DNA of 64,000 nucleotides from Trichoplax adhaerens. Taxonomy: Eukaryota; Animalia; Placozoa. Shown piece by piece: positions 1 to 12,200 of the stretch (its first letter is position 1; every line of letters begins with the position of its first letter). The position numbers and the translations under genes are program-made. Under the pieces are notes generated by a model, which saw only the letters and a program-made list of their open reading frames with translations, was not told where the DNA came from and did no database searches. The DNA is taken from positions 6,801,855-6,865,854 of the forward strand of contig NW_002060946.1 in NCBI RefSeq assembly GCF_000150275.1. The letters run 5' to 3'.

Positions 1-779
1 TGATCAATTTTTTATTTCCATTTTGACTATTTTGAAAACAGTTTGAGTGAAGAGAATCCAATCAAGTTGGCTCCATTAACGCTGACGTAATCTTCCATTT
101 TTAATACATTTTTCATCACAGATGCTAAAGGGGAGGAATAATGTTTTTCCTCACCATCCTGTCATGGATCCATTCGATATTAAAAGGCTAAAGTCGATAT
201 TATTCTATTGGAATCACTTTTAGTAGCTTTTGTAGACTTTCTCATTTCAAACAATTTTTTTTAAATTAGAAAATGATAAAATGTTTTTTTTGCTCGATAT
301 TTCAATTGACTCTAAAATCTAATAGATGAGTATCGAGCAATTCTGGTATTTTTTATTTGTTTGTTTTACCGCCATTTAGAGTGTACAACAAAATACGCGC
401 CCAGACACATCAAGAAAGATTTCAAAATAGAATCATTGTATTTAAACATGATAATGTATTGACAAACAGATGCTATGGACGATTCAATAACTTTTAGCGT
501 ATTACTCGAACTTTTATTTACTAAAACTGTTGGTATACATTAATCATGGGCAAAATCAACTTATTGTGTCATGAATACTCATGGTTGATTTGAAACAGGT
601 GCTTTACCGCCGACAGCTTGTCCGTAGTTGAATAGGATCGATTTTCCTTTAGACGCTATTATAAGGTAAAAAGTAAAGAATAAAATTAAGCCACGCTTGA
701 ATATCTTGCAAAGGGTTAACAAAGATGACACTGTATTAACACTGTTAGAGTAGTTAAGATACAGTATATTATTTCACCC

Positions 780-1240
780 TTGTTGATATCAAAGCCTACA
801 GGCCAATTTTGTAATATTGGAAAAAAATTTCTTTCCATCTTTTGCTAGTAAAGTGATTAAAAATGAGTTAATGGTTATATGCGTATTCGAAATGAAAAGC
901 CAATGATAACTAGATAGAGTTATTTTATATTTTCAGCATATTAGTAGAACATAAGTTTCACATCAAAATTTTCTTTCTGTCTTTGGTTAGTAAAGTAGTA
1001 AAAACTTTGTTAGTTCCTCTATTACAATGGAAAGGCCAACGATAAACAGACTAAATTTTTTTTAGTTTAATCCATCAGTAAATGAACAATTTCATCCAAA
1101 ATGTCTTTCTACGTTCTACCTCTTGCTATAGTAAAGAGGTCATTTTACCAAGTGCTAAAGGTAAAAGGCTAACGATGAATGGTTGGAAATCCCTCTTACT
1201 CTAGCATTAGAAAATAGAATTGTTCAAAAAATGACTCAGA
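780..1240. repeat. Degenerate tandem repeat, ~135-bp unit, about 3 copies
   Basis: Recurring blocks tttctt(c)..tcttt(t)g(c/gt)tagtaaagt (~828, ~971) and aatg(a/g)aa(a/g)gccaa(t/c)gataa (~891, ~1026, with a similar block at ~1163). Confidence 0.55.
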
Positions 1241-1357
1241 CTGCCGTATTTTCTTATCCAATATGATTAATAATGAAGTACTATGCGGTAACGGCAACCA
1301 TTTGTAAATCATGGATGCAATATTGAAACTGCCGTAAAAAATAATTACCTATGTCTT

Positions 1358-1668
1358 GTGGACCAATATAAAGTAATAACCTTCATTTATTTTTATGAAT
1401 TACAGTATAGTAGTATGAAAAGTGGACCAATATAAAGTAATAACCATCATTATTTTATGAATTACAGTATAGTAGTATGAAAAGTGGACCAATATAAAGT
1501 AATAACTTTCATTTTTTTATGAATTACAGTATAGTAGTATGAAAAGTGGACCAATATAAAGTAATAACCTTCATTTTTTTATGAATTACAGTATAGTAGT
1601 ATGAAAAGCGGACCAATATAAAGTAATAACCATCATTTTTTTATGAATTACAGTACAGTAGTATGAAA
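1358..1668. repeat. Tandem minisatellite, ~62-bp unit x5
   Basis: Unit gtggaccaatataaagtaataacc(t/a)tcatttttttatgaattacagtatagtagtatgaaaa starts at 1358, 1422, 1484, 1546 and 1608. Copies are near-identical. Confidence 0.97.
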
Positions 1669-3227
1669 ATAAATCCCATGTAAAAAGATTGCTATGTGTT
1701 GTATGTTATGTTATGATATATACAGCACTATGCCCTCCGGTAGTAAGGGGACGAAAATTGCTTCCTGTCGTTATAGCAGCAGGGTAGATCAGAAGCGAAA
1801 GGTAACTAGGGCACTATAAGATCATTTCAACCGATTCGTTGAAAAAGAATTCATTAGCAAAAATAATTAAACAGCCTAGGTATACTCTAAACTACAATCA
1901 GTGATAAATAAAAAATTCTTCTTTATAACTGTATATCCAAGCCGAAAGTAAATGGAATCAAAATTGTTCCAACTGAAAATATCTCCTTCCGTCAATTAGT
2001 TCCGAGAATGAATCTGTTCTTGTAAATCTCCTTTAAAGTTAATAGTAATGTGATTTCCAGGATAATCCATTGTTACCATGGATTTACTTATTAATTAAGA
2101 TTAGACATTTCTACTCGGAATGATATCTTTGACCATTAATAAGTCTCTATTATCGTATCAAGCTATTTTATTAATATCAGTCTCTTTAAAACAGGAATAA
2201 TATTCCTTTCAATCCAATGAAAAAACTTTTCGCGCCACGGCATTTCTCAAATTGCTCGACCATTGTGACTAATAATAACCACTAGAAAACTATATATTTT
2301 TGGGGTATTTTCCTTAATTCACGGCATAAAGTGATGACCAATCTATCATAACTTATTCCTTCTTATTTTGTAATACAACTAGGCCATGCAGCGTTTACAA
2401 TTATCCTGTCTGCCGTTGAACTAAAAAAGAAATTCAATTTCTCGCTGCCTTGGACGATTTTGAACATGGATTCACGTCCATACTTTTATTTTTTACCGCG
2501 TGATACATCTCGACTAAATCCTTCAAACTAACTCAACCAATTCTCCCTCTTTCATCGCTTTAGCGGTTAAGAGTATAAATTTCAGTTGTATTGAAAGTGC
2601 AAGTCATTAAGCACCGACATGTTGTCATTGTATTTGCATTTCTTTGTTACTAGCACGCTGCCATTAATTTACCGCTTCATTTCGACATAATAGAATGTTG
2701 TCAATGGTGGAATCGCGCCAGACGGTAGCGAGTAATTATTTGGATTTAGCAGGTGACAATCAATAAGTTTATTATTCAACTGTCAATTCATAACTTAGTC
2801 AACAAGTAAGATCTTTATTTTACATAAAGCGTTTAGCGTTTATTGAAGAGCATGTTTTGTATGTCTTGTGTTAATCGGTAATAGAAAAAGGGGAAAATAA
2901 TAACTCTATACTTTTCCACTTTTTTATTCTAGTTCCATGTCGTGACCAGATTGACTGTAATCCGTTCTAGTCAACTATTGTCTTGACGGCAATCTTCTGT
3001 TCTAGGCCACTCTTTCGATCCTGCTCTATTTTATTTTCCACCTTGATATATTCTATTTCGTATTCTAATTATTTGTAAGCTATTACGATCACTCTACTGC
3101 TCTTAGTTATAATTAGAATCCTACTCTATTTACTTTCTATCAATGTTCTATATTTGTATTGAAATGACTATCAAATTGGATTAACATGTTAGCATTAGCA
3201 ACGTATAGAAATCATAAACGACTCTTT

Positions 3228-3432
3228 CCGTAATCATCAAGTAAAAGCATCGCACTCTTCTCTTTATTCCTATTTTCCTTAAGCATAAAAATGATAGGCG
3301 ATTCTTGCCGTAATCATCAAGTAAAAATATCGCACTCTTCTCTTTATTTCTATTTTCCTTAAGCATAAAAATGATAGGCGATTCTTGCCGTAATCATCAA
3401 GTAAAAACATCGCACTATTCTCTTTATTCCTC
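3228..3432. repeat. Tandem repeat, ~80-bp unit x2.5
   Basis: ccgtaatcatcaagtaaaa..atcgcactcttctctttatt...ttccttaagcataaaaatgataggcgattcttg recurs at ~3228, ~3309 and ~3388. Confidence 0.93.
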
Positions 3433-6134
3433 TTTTTCTTGGTTGTTATTTTCTTTCTGATTGCATTGATTTGATACGACAATCTACGATGAAGATCATA
3501 AAGCAACAAGGGATCAGCTAAAGAAAGATTCCCTTCCAAATTATACAATAAAAGTACATGATAGACCAGCTGATGTTAACATGTCAATCAATAGATTGCT
3601 TTTATTCGCTTTGACTATTTTTGAAGCACAATGCATTATCCACAAGTGCTTTAAGCCAAAAGAAGAATAGGATATTTTTTTTCTAGGAGAGTTTATGATG
3701 GACTTTTTAATACACTTGGGTTGTAAATTAATCCTAATGGAGTTAACCTATAAATCAAATTGTTTATTCTTGATTATTATAATACAGTTGTTGATTAGAG
3801 TTCCATTGCAGACTGAGAGATTGTCTTTCAGGTCATTGTTAGTAATGGCGTTAGGGCAGAGAAGAAGGGAAAAAAAAATCTGATTTGGTATTGAATGTAT
3901 CCATTTTTAAATTGGCGCTCTACTTAGAACCAATACAACCATAAGATAATTAGGATCAGTTGTAACCTCTTCTAATTGATCGCACCTCCTTTTACACTAA
4001 CGACACTACGTCCATTATTATATAGTAGAAAACTGCGAAGTTAGAGTATCCAATTGAATCCTTGAATATAATCGATTCAATATAATGCGAATAGTTGTAG
4101 TGTGTACAACTGGAATATGTTTCAATTAATTCCTAGCATTAACAATTTGCATCCTCCTGTTATATGCGCCTAAATACTTTAATAAGAGTATTGAATAGTG
4201 TTAAAGCGTAGTCTATAAGAAGAACTATGAATGGCGATATTAAACATCCTATCATCTCTAGGACTATCCTTGATTGATCTTGAAGGAAATAATTCACCGT
4301 TTATTTATAGGATGTACATAAACCGCAAATTTGTCTTCTTGGGGGTGTGAGGGATTTCTGCGCCATTTTGCCAATTCAGAAAATAAGATATGAATACTTT
4401 GGTCATTCAATACGGTATCCGATCATAATGATCTAAACATGTGTAGGGATGCACTTAATATTTCAGTATGTTAATCACTCTATTTGATAGAGTTGAGTTT
4501 GTAAAGAAATGTCTTATTGCGTTGAGAATATAAGAAAAATGCTGATTACCTATATTAGATATTGTTGATTATTAAGTTAACATGATGTATAGTACTAGAA
4601 TCGTAAAGATGCTCTACACCTTGCTATGGTGGGCATTTATGGAAGAGTAATGATATTTACGCGATAATTCCATGCAGTAGAATAGATGAATTTTCTTTTT
4701 GAGGAGAAGTGTTTATGGCATGGTTTCGTTCTGATTGTAGGCGGGCTTGTGTTGCCGTTAATAGATTGAAGTAAATGTATTGACTGTTTGCAATTTTAGT
4801 GTACTTGGGTGCTTGTGTCTTTCTTCACTTCTAGCTCAGGATGCGTTTCTTTAGATTCTTGTCGCTGTCCTAATTCATTATGGTTCTACTATTGTAAAAA
4901 CTAATAATGCAAAGTAGCCTTTTAGATTCGACCTCGATCTCGACTGTTATTTTACGAGAATTCGATTATTACATTAGATGGGACAATTTAAGATATTTTT
5001 ATTGCAACATGATGGACCATTTGAACAGCAACAGGCTTGTAGAGTGGATGACACTCGATTGATTATTCGCTGCCATCCAATCTTTGCGAATACTGTAATC
5101 GTTTTCTTGCCTCGCTGAAATAAAATTTATACCTGAAAATTAAGGCAAGTACCGTCAATATTCTTTAGTTTCTATAGTGTACTGTAGTTGATTCTATGCT
5201 TTCTTTGGGTATGCTACTGCAAGTTATGCCAAGATAGCTTGCTTGTTTCCTGAATACACAACAGTTTCGCGCATCCTGTAAATGTAAGTGAATCTATATA
5301 AAGCACAGATTACTAGAAGCTTTCTAGTAGAAGGTCTTCTCCTAGCTGTTCTTGATATCCATGTACACTATTCAATCAGTGCATCTTGGATTTGCATTGA
5401 TTGCGAGCAAACAAGTAGTATAAGAATCTTCAGGTATCATCGTCTTGTATCGTAGGTATTACTGGCGACATGAAAGTATTTATAGCGCTTACATGCTGAA
5501 AATTGATATTGCTACTGTGTCATAGAATCAATGAATAAAATTTGAAATTGACTGGCTGTACTACCTTTCAAATAGAATCGACTGTATTCGATAGATCATT
5601 ATTTTGCTTATAACCTTGGATTAAATCATGTCGCCCTGTGCTATACAGTACTTGCATAGGCAAATATCGGTCATGGAGTGGGATAATACGAGATACTATA
5701 TATGATGGTCAAAATCATATTCAACTTTTGCAAATTTATTCTATTTATTCATTTATTTCTGTTATGTACTGTAATCAATATTAAGATGTATTAGAGTTAA
5801 GTAAAATATCATTCTAAGCCGTCGAAGAGGGCGAATTGATCGACTGAAGATTAATTCGTAAAATAACTGCGGCAAAATAATATTCAAGATATGAGCTATC
5901 ATGGCTTATTCTCATCCCACGTGCACGTCATACCGCGTCAAGTATAGTCTATGGATTAGGGTTAGGGTTAAATTGATTTGATTCCGATTGATTCCAACAC
6001 AATAGGGTTGAGCAGATTGGAATTTTAGCTCCATCAATATCGCTGAAACAGTTTTTAGTGTCATGGATATTATAATCCGACATCTATACTGGTGGATTAG
6101 GGCTTGGCCAGATGGAGAATTTCTCATTTACCAA

Positions 6135-6270
6135 TCTACTGTACTTCTCGTTTAGGTGTTTGCCTTACAGTACAGTACTGTAAGGCAAAAGTACTGTACA
6201 CTGTAGAATCTACAGTACGTACTGTACTATGTAGTACTGTACACTGTAAAAGTAGGCTACGGTACTGGAA
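6135..6270. repeat. CAGTA/TACTG-rich palindromic low-complexity tract
   Basis: Dense tacagta/tactgta words, including a 15-bp perfect inverted repeat at 6159-6173/6175-6189. Confidence 0.8.
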
Positions 6271-9200
6271 GCGGAAAGACACATGGGTCAAACAACTGAT
6301 GCATTTATTATGGCGCCGATAGGTGCTGTATTTTAGTTGAGATTGAAGCTTTTCCTTTATGCTACTTCTTTCTTGTAGCCAGTACTTGTATTCTCATGTT
6401 CAAATAGAAATCTACATACTGCATGACTTTCATTTACAATTTATCGTGTCGCAATTCCCTAGAAATTTGAAGTAGAAAATTGGACACCAATGAATGTCGA
6501 CGCGTCTGTCCGTCACGAGCCGATCCAGTGCCAAGGCATACTGATATGCCGTACAAGTATCCAGCGAAAACACTATGCTGTATATCGCATCTCCAGTACT
6601 GTTGACGATATCATAGTGCACCAATCGACCAACGACTGAATCTCCAATGGCCTGCTAATTGTTGTTGTGACTGTTAGCAACTGTCACGTACTAGGGGGGT
6701 ACTCTACTCTGATACCTGCTGAGATTTTGCGGCAATGATCAAGGCATCGCAAATTGATGACAATAAATTCATGGACTGATTTTTAATTACCGTCTAACTA
6801 GCAGGAGGCTTTGCCAAAAGGATCAATGAAGACTGTGCGTAGATGATCTACTCTGATAATTCAATTTACAGACGTTGATTCTTTCATCACATTGTTCGAC
6901 AGAGACAGGAATTTGATGATTCCAAAGATAGGGGGTGGATGGAAGGAAAAGCAAAAAGATGACCAAAGATGCCGAAAGGAGAGAATTGATTTCATGCATA
7001 TTTTGAGCTTTATTTACTCTGAGTCAACTCATTCGGTATCAATATGCACGTTGACGCTATAAGACGCTAAGAAATTGACTAAATGGCGTCGACAATCATG
7101 ATGCATAGTTGCATACAATGATACTATAGTAGTAATCACAAGCAAATAAAATTAAATATCTATATCAAGGTTGTCGTCTTGAGGCAAGATACAAGAGAAA
7201 CTTGTTGTTCTATTTGACTTCTTGCCAAGCTAGGACAGACAATGATACAATAGTTTTATTATCACCTTTTAGGACAGCTCATACCATTCGATTAGGATAG
7301 ATCAATGTAATGACAACCATGTCAAATATGCATTCATGGAAAGCTAGAACGCAACAATGTCCAACTAGCCTGGACTATTAAATCGAATTTAATTTAATAG
7401 GGCAAATGATAAGAAATGGAATTGTCAAGAATTTGAATTTCAAACGCATAAAGAAATTTTCCACGTGGCCCCCTGTCGTACTGTTAATGATTAGAATCCA
7501 TGCTAAACTGTCATTGGAGTATATGCTGCTGTAGATACACATTATTGCAATGGTTTATCTGCTATTGAATTGAATATTTCTAGTAACTATGACGTAATGA
7601 TTGCATTATTTTACCATCGAGAGGATAAAGTTAATTATTGAAATTATACTAATATAATTTAGGTGATTCATAAGCAATCCTAGCATCGGTCAATTACAAC
7701 ATTTTTCAATTTACACGTCATTAACGATGATAAATCGTGCCATTTTTATATATAGCCCGGCCGATGGCTCACACGACGATAATTTCTTTTAAGATGAATC
7801 GTGGAAAATTACAAACGCATCAAGAAAAATTAAAAGGTTATAGTTCGTTGTATAATGATGAGCAACATCGGTTTTAATATTTTTCCCTCTCTTCATTGAT
7901 GGTCTGAACAACGTTTCTAGTAGTTCAAAAGTACTATTATAATTAATTAATAAACGTGTGTCACGAAAAAGTTTCAGGAAATTAGAATGATGATAATAGA
8001 GAGTAAAGATTATTCTATATAGCCGCAAAACATACTCCTATTAGTCAAACAAAGCATGTAAAAAGTATTCATAATATTAGCATCTCATCAACTATTTCGA
8101 TTATATTATTATTTGTCAGTTTAAAATGGGTGATATTAATAAATAATAATTAGTATAGTGGCCGTTTCAATTTGATAACGCAGTTACTATATGGACCATT
8201 CTAATGCCAAATCTTTGCTAAAATCATCCTTAAATAAGACCGTCGAATGGATTGAAATCATGCTAATCTCATAGAGTAATGCAATCAACTGATCGAACTT
8301 AGAAAAATAGCGCTCTAATAATTAAGTAACATGGGTGTGAGATCAGAACTGTATAAAGGTTACGTATATTTATATTAATCACTGAGTAAATTTTGTAGGA
8401 ACAATTGCGCAGAACGTGCTTACCGGTTTACTGTAAACAATTGACAAGAATCCATGCGAAGCAGAGAAACAGAAAAATTTTAAACTACACTCATCATGAT
8501 TTTCAGCTAGTATATTATCACAAACAACTGCTTAAATAAGATATGCTTTTTAATTCTTGTTCCATCATCACTTGTCAAGTTAGCCCTCTATGATATACTG
8601 TATTTTTCTATTCTACTTAAAATGAAATTAATCGTTGGAAAGATATCAAACTACAGATTAACTAATCCAAAAAAAAGAAAGGATCATTCTTTAAACTTTC
8701 GTTCTTTGGCGTGATAATAATATCAATTTTAATCCCACCCACTTCAGCACCTCCTTAAATCTCATTAAAAATGTCATAATATCGTGCGTGTTTAAATAAT
8801 CTAAGCTAAAAATGTACATACACGTAGATTGCGTTGGCAGCACAGTATGTATTTAAATTACGATGATGTAATAAAAATTATGGTATGATATTTTTATGTC
8901 TACAATTTTGACGATCGCATGACCTTAACCAGTGGCAATTTCAATTTTAAGACGATTAATTTATAGGTAGCGTTAAGTATAACAACTGAATGTATACGTA
9001 GGATTTGTACATAAACTCTGTATTGATAACTCGGCATATTTGTTTAAATTAATTAATTATTGGTCGTAATTCCGTAAACGGCTTCTCGGAGATTTCCTTA
9101 AGGGCTTCATCACGAATAAAAATTACATTTGAACAATGGAGACAAGAGAATATGTTTTAGTTGATGAGAACGTTCCGGCTTAATAGAAACTTTGACCCGA

Positions 9201-12200
9201 ACAATGTCCAATAAAAGACAATAAAAATAATACAAAATGTGCGTATACTATAGGCTGCAATATAACTAAACTGTTATCAACAAGTTTATCGTTTCAAATT
9301 TTTTTTTCGCAACCGTGATTTATTTCCATGGCTAAAAATATCTGTTTACAGCATTTATTGACTATATTTCGTATTGATTTGATAATAAATAAAGTAACAG
9401 ATGCTACGTTGAATATCAGGGTTAAAAGATTTAGTTATATTACAGATTAAAAAAATCTTTCTTAACATAATATTTTCGATAAGACGGTCATGAAATATAG
9501 TTACGTAAGTTTATCAATAAATGAATAAAAAAAAAATTAAACAAAGAAAGATTTATATTGCTGCAGTAGCTGAATAGATAATCACAAGATGGGATGATCT
9601 ATAATTCATCATATGGGTGATTCTCCTCCCACGGGGACATAAGAAAAACTTGACAAGCAAACCACTAGATGGAAAATATGCATAAATCTAGCTTAAAAAC
9701 AACAAACTGTGGAGATTGATAACAATATTAACAAACATCAAATAAAGTACCGTACTTAGTAGAATATACTTTTTACTTTCCACCATATTAAATTGTATAC
9801 CCAACGATATAAACATCTTGTATTAATATTAATGATGACCTAATGCCTTGAAATTTTTTCTTAATGAATGGTAAAGTCTAGATTTAACATTGCATGATTA
9901 TATGTTAAATAGTGATTAGCTAACGTGTTATTGTTGACATAAAAACGTAGTGAAGTATGTCTAATATTTCTAGTAGAATAAAATCGGCAACTTTAATTCT
10001 TACAGAGTAAATTCAGAAAGATTATTATTTCAAAGTATCTGCTAATAAATGTATCTTATCCTTTTTTTAATTTTCTAATAGATAGCAACTGATATTAATA
10101 AAAATTAATAATGATTAACAGTAGGGCATAACAATAGTGTATGCCCTGATTTAGATAACAATCATCTCTTCTGAGAATATGATTGCTAGATAGTAAAATA
10201 TTGTAATTCATTAACATAAAGCGATTACTACCAGTTTAATAGTTAGCTACTGTCACAAATTAGACTATAGACTACCTGTTCATGTCAATATAATCAAAAA
10301 TTAGGGAGGGATGGGAGGGGGGAATTGCAGTATAATATCTAACAAAAAAAAATTATAATTATTCGTCTACATACGTTTGAATAGATTATTTTCTTTAAAA
10401 GCCTTTGATAATACATGATACTATAGGCTATGGTCAGCTATGTAAATAATTCAATAATGAGAGGAGGAGACCACACGTTAGTTAGACTGGAAATTATATT
10501 ACATGCGGCGGTAAAGTTCCGTACGGTAAACTAAATAAAATTACGGCTATGGATTGATGACTGGCTTTATATTGGCATTCCAGCAATCATCGTTTATCCT
10601 CGACTTTGACCTTTGGCCGGAACACTGCAGCATTCAATCTGTATCTAATTAACGAAATAGTACTAGAAGGACCTACCATCGTTGATAATTATAATACATT
10701 AGCATGCTAATAAGATATCGCAATAAATTTAAAATTGAACTATGGCACGTTTAGCGTTACTGCAAATAATGATCTGTAAATAATAAACCGGCCGGTACCT
10801 ACTGCTTTGAGCCAATATTACATGTTTGTAATAAATTATTTTGAATCTATTTTTTAGATTGATCTTCAAAAGGCTAATATGCGTTAACGTATCATCCTTA
10901 TTTAACGTATGAAAATTACATACGTACAGTAGTATTGGGTATATACTACATTTTATGTCCTATCTAATAACTATAATATATCAACGGCTATAACGCTAAT
11001 TAATTACTGTATTAGTTTTTAGGTAATTTAAATTTAGCCCTACCAAATTGAATGGAGCAATAAATTGAATTGAATTGAAAGAATCGCTATAAACCCACAC
11101 TCTTATAATTTTGAAACATTAGAAACTATGATAGGTCTCGCAATCTGGCAATAATATAAAAATATTTAATGTCCATACGTACGTATCTATCAATATTATG
11201 AGATAAATTGTCTGAAGCCTATTATCGATAACTTCATTCATTGAAAATTTTAGCATACCAACATTTGGGATAATTTTTTATTTCATATGTTGGGAAGGAG
11301 AAATTTAATTCAATTAGCATAACGAGAGCAAAAGACAATATTGTAAAATCTGACGTTATTTTGACCTCGACCTTCACATCTCGCAAATATTTTCAGTAGA
11401 TTCCATTTCTATTTATATTTACTTGTATGGGTAAGTGCGTAACTGCCTATTCCATATGATTATATAGAGTAAGCTAATAAAGACAAAATCGAGGGTGTTG
11501 AGTATAAAGTAACGCCTTTCCGGAAGCCACCAAGGACGATAATTATGATTATAGAATAGCGATTAATTCTTACCAGATATGGATGATATTAGGGCAAATA
11601 GTGTTATTTATTTAAGGTTTATACTCTTTTACAAGCCATTTTAGTTTGCCAATTAATTAATTGTCGATTTATCAGTGATGAAATTTTTATTATTATTTTC
11701 TTGTCACTGTCAATACATGGTGCATATGTGCAGGATAATATTCTTCAAGGATATCACCGGTATTTTAGCGAATATTATCACTCCCTTGCAGTTTATTTGA
11801 TGTTATTCATTTTAGTTTGCTATCTTAATTAGTTTGAGATATGGTTAGTGGTTTCCTTTACTTTGACTATGGGCGTTATTTATGGATATTACTTGGGTCA
11901 CTTCATGAATAAATGAGGATTAGCGCAGATAATAATTTACTGATCTTGACCCCGATGGGTTTCTTAAGTGATATAAATTCGTAAATACTCAGTTTGACGG
12001 TATACATTCGATACGTAGTCCGGCATATTCTAGTATTCAGTTGAATATTTTTTCCGGATATTATTACTGTTCAGACTATAAATTAAAGAGAGACAGAACC
12101 AGACCATGAAGACCTCTAAGTACAGTACCTTTAACTGACAAAGTGCGTAGTGTCCAGTACTGTGTAGTCCTTTCTACAGACTTGCAGACGGTTATGCACA

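Noticed and set aside
42-223. Possible terminal exon(s) of an upstream gene (acag|TTTG..., cacag|ATG...)
   Set aside because: The peptides are short and unrecognisable, and cannot be supported without the preceding window.
1358-1668. Regularly spaced repeats (also 43384-43985) as a CRISPR array
   Set aside because: Whole units repeat with no unique spacers, there are no cas genes, and the context is eukaryotic.
3181-3548. ORFs with duplicated LLDDYGKNRLSFLCLRK peptides
   Set aside because: These are translations of the 80-bp tandem repeat in different frames.
5956-5969. TTAGGG telomeric repeat
   Set aside because: Only about two units, compatible with chance.
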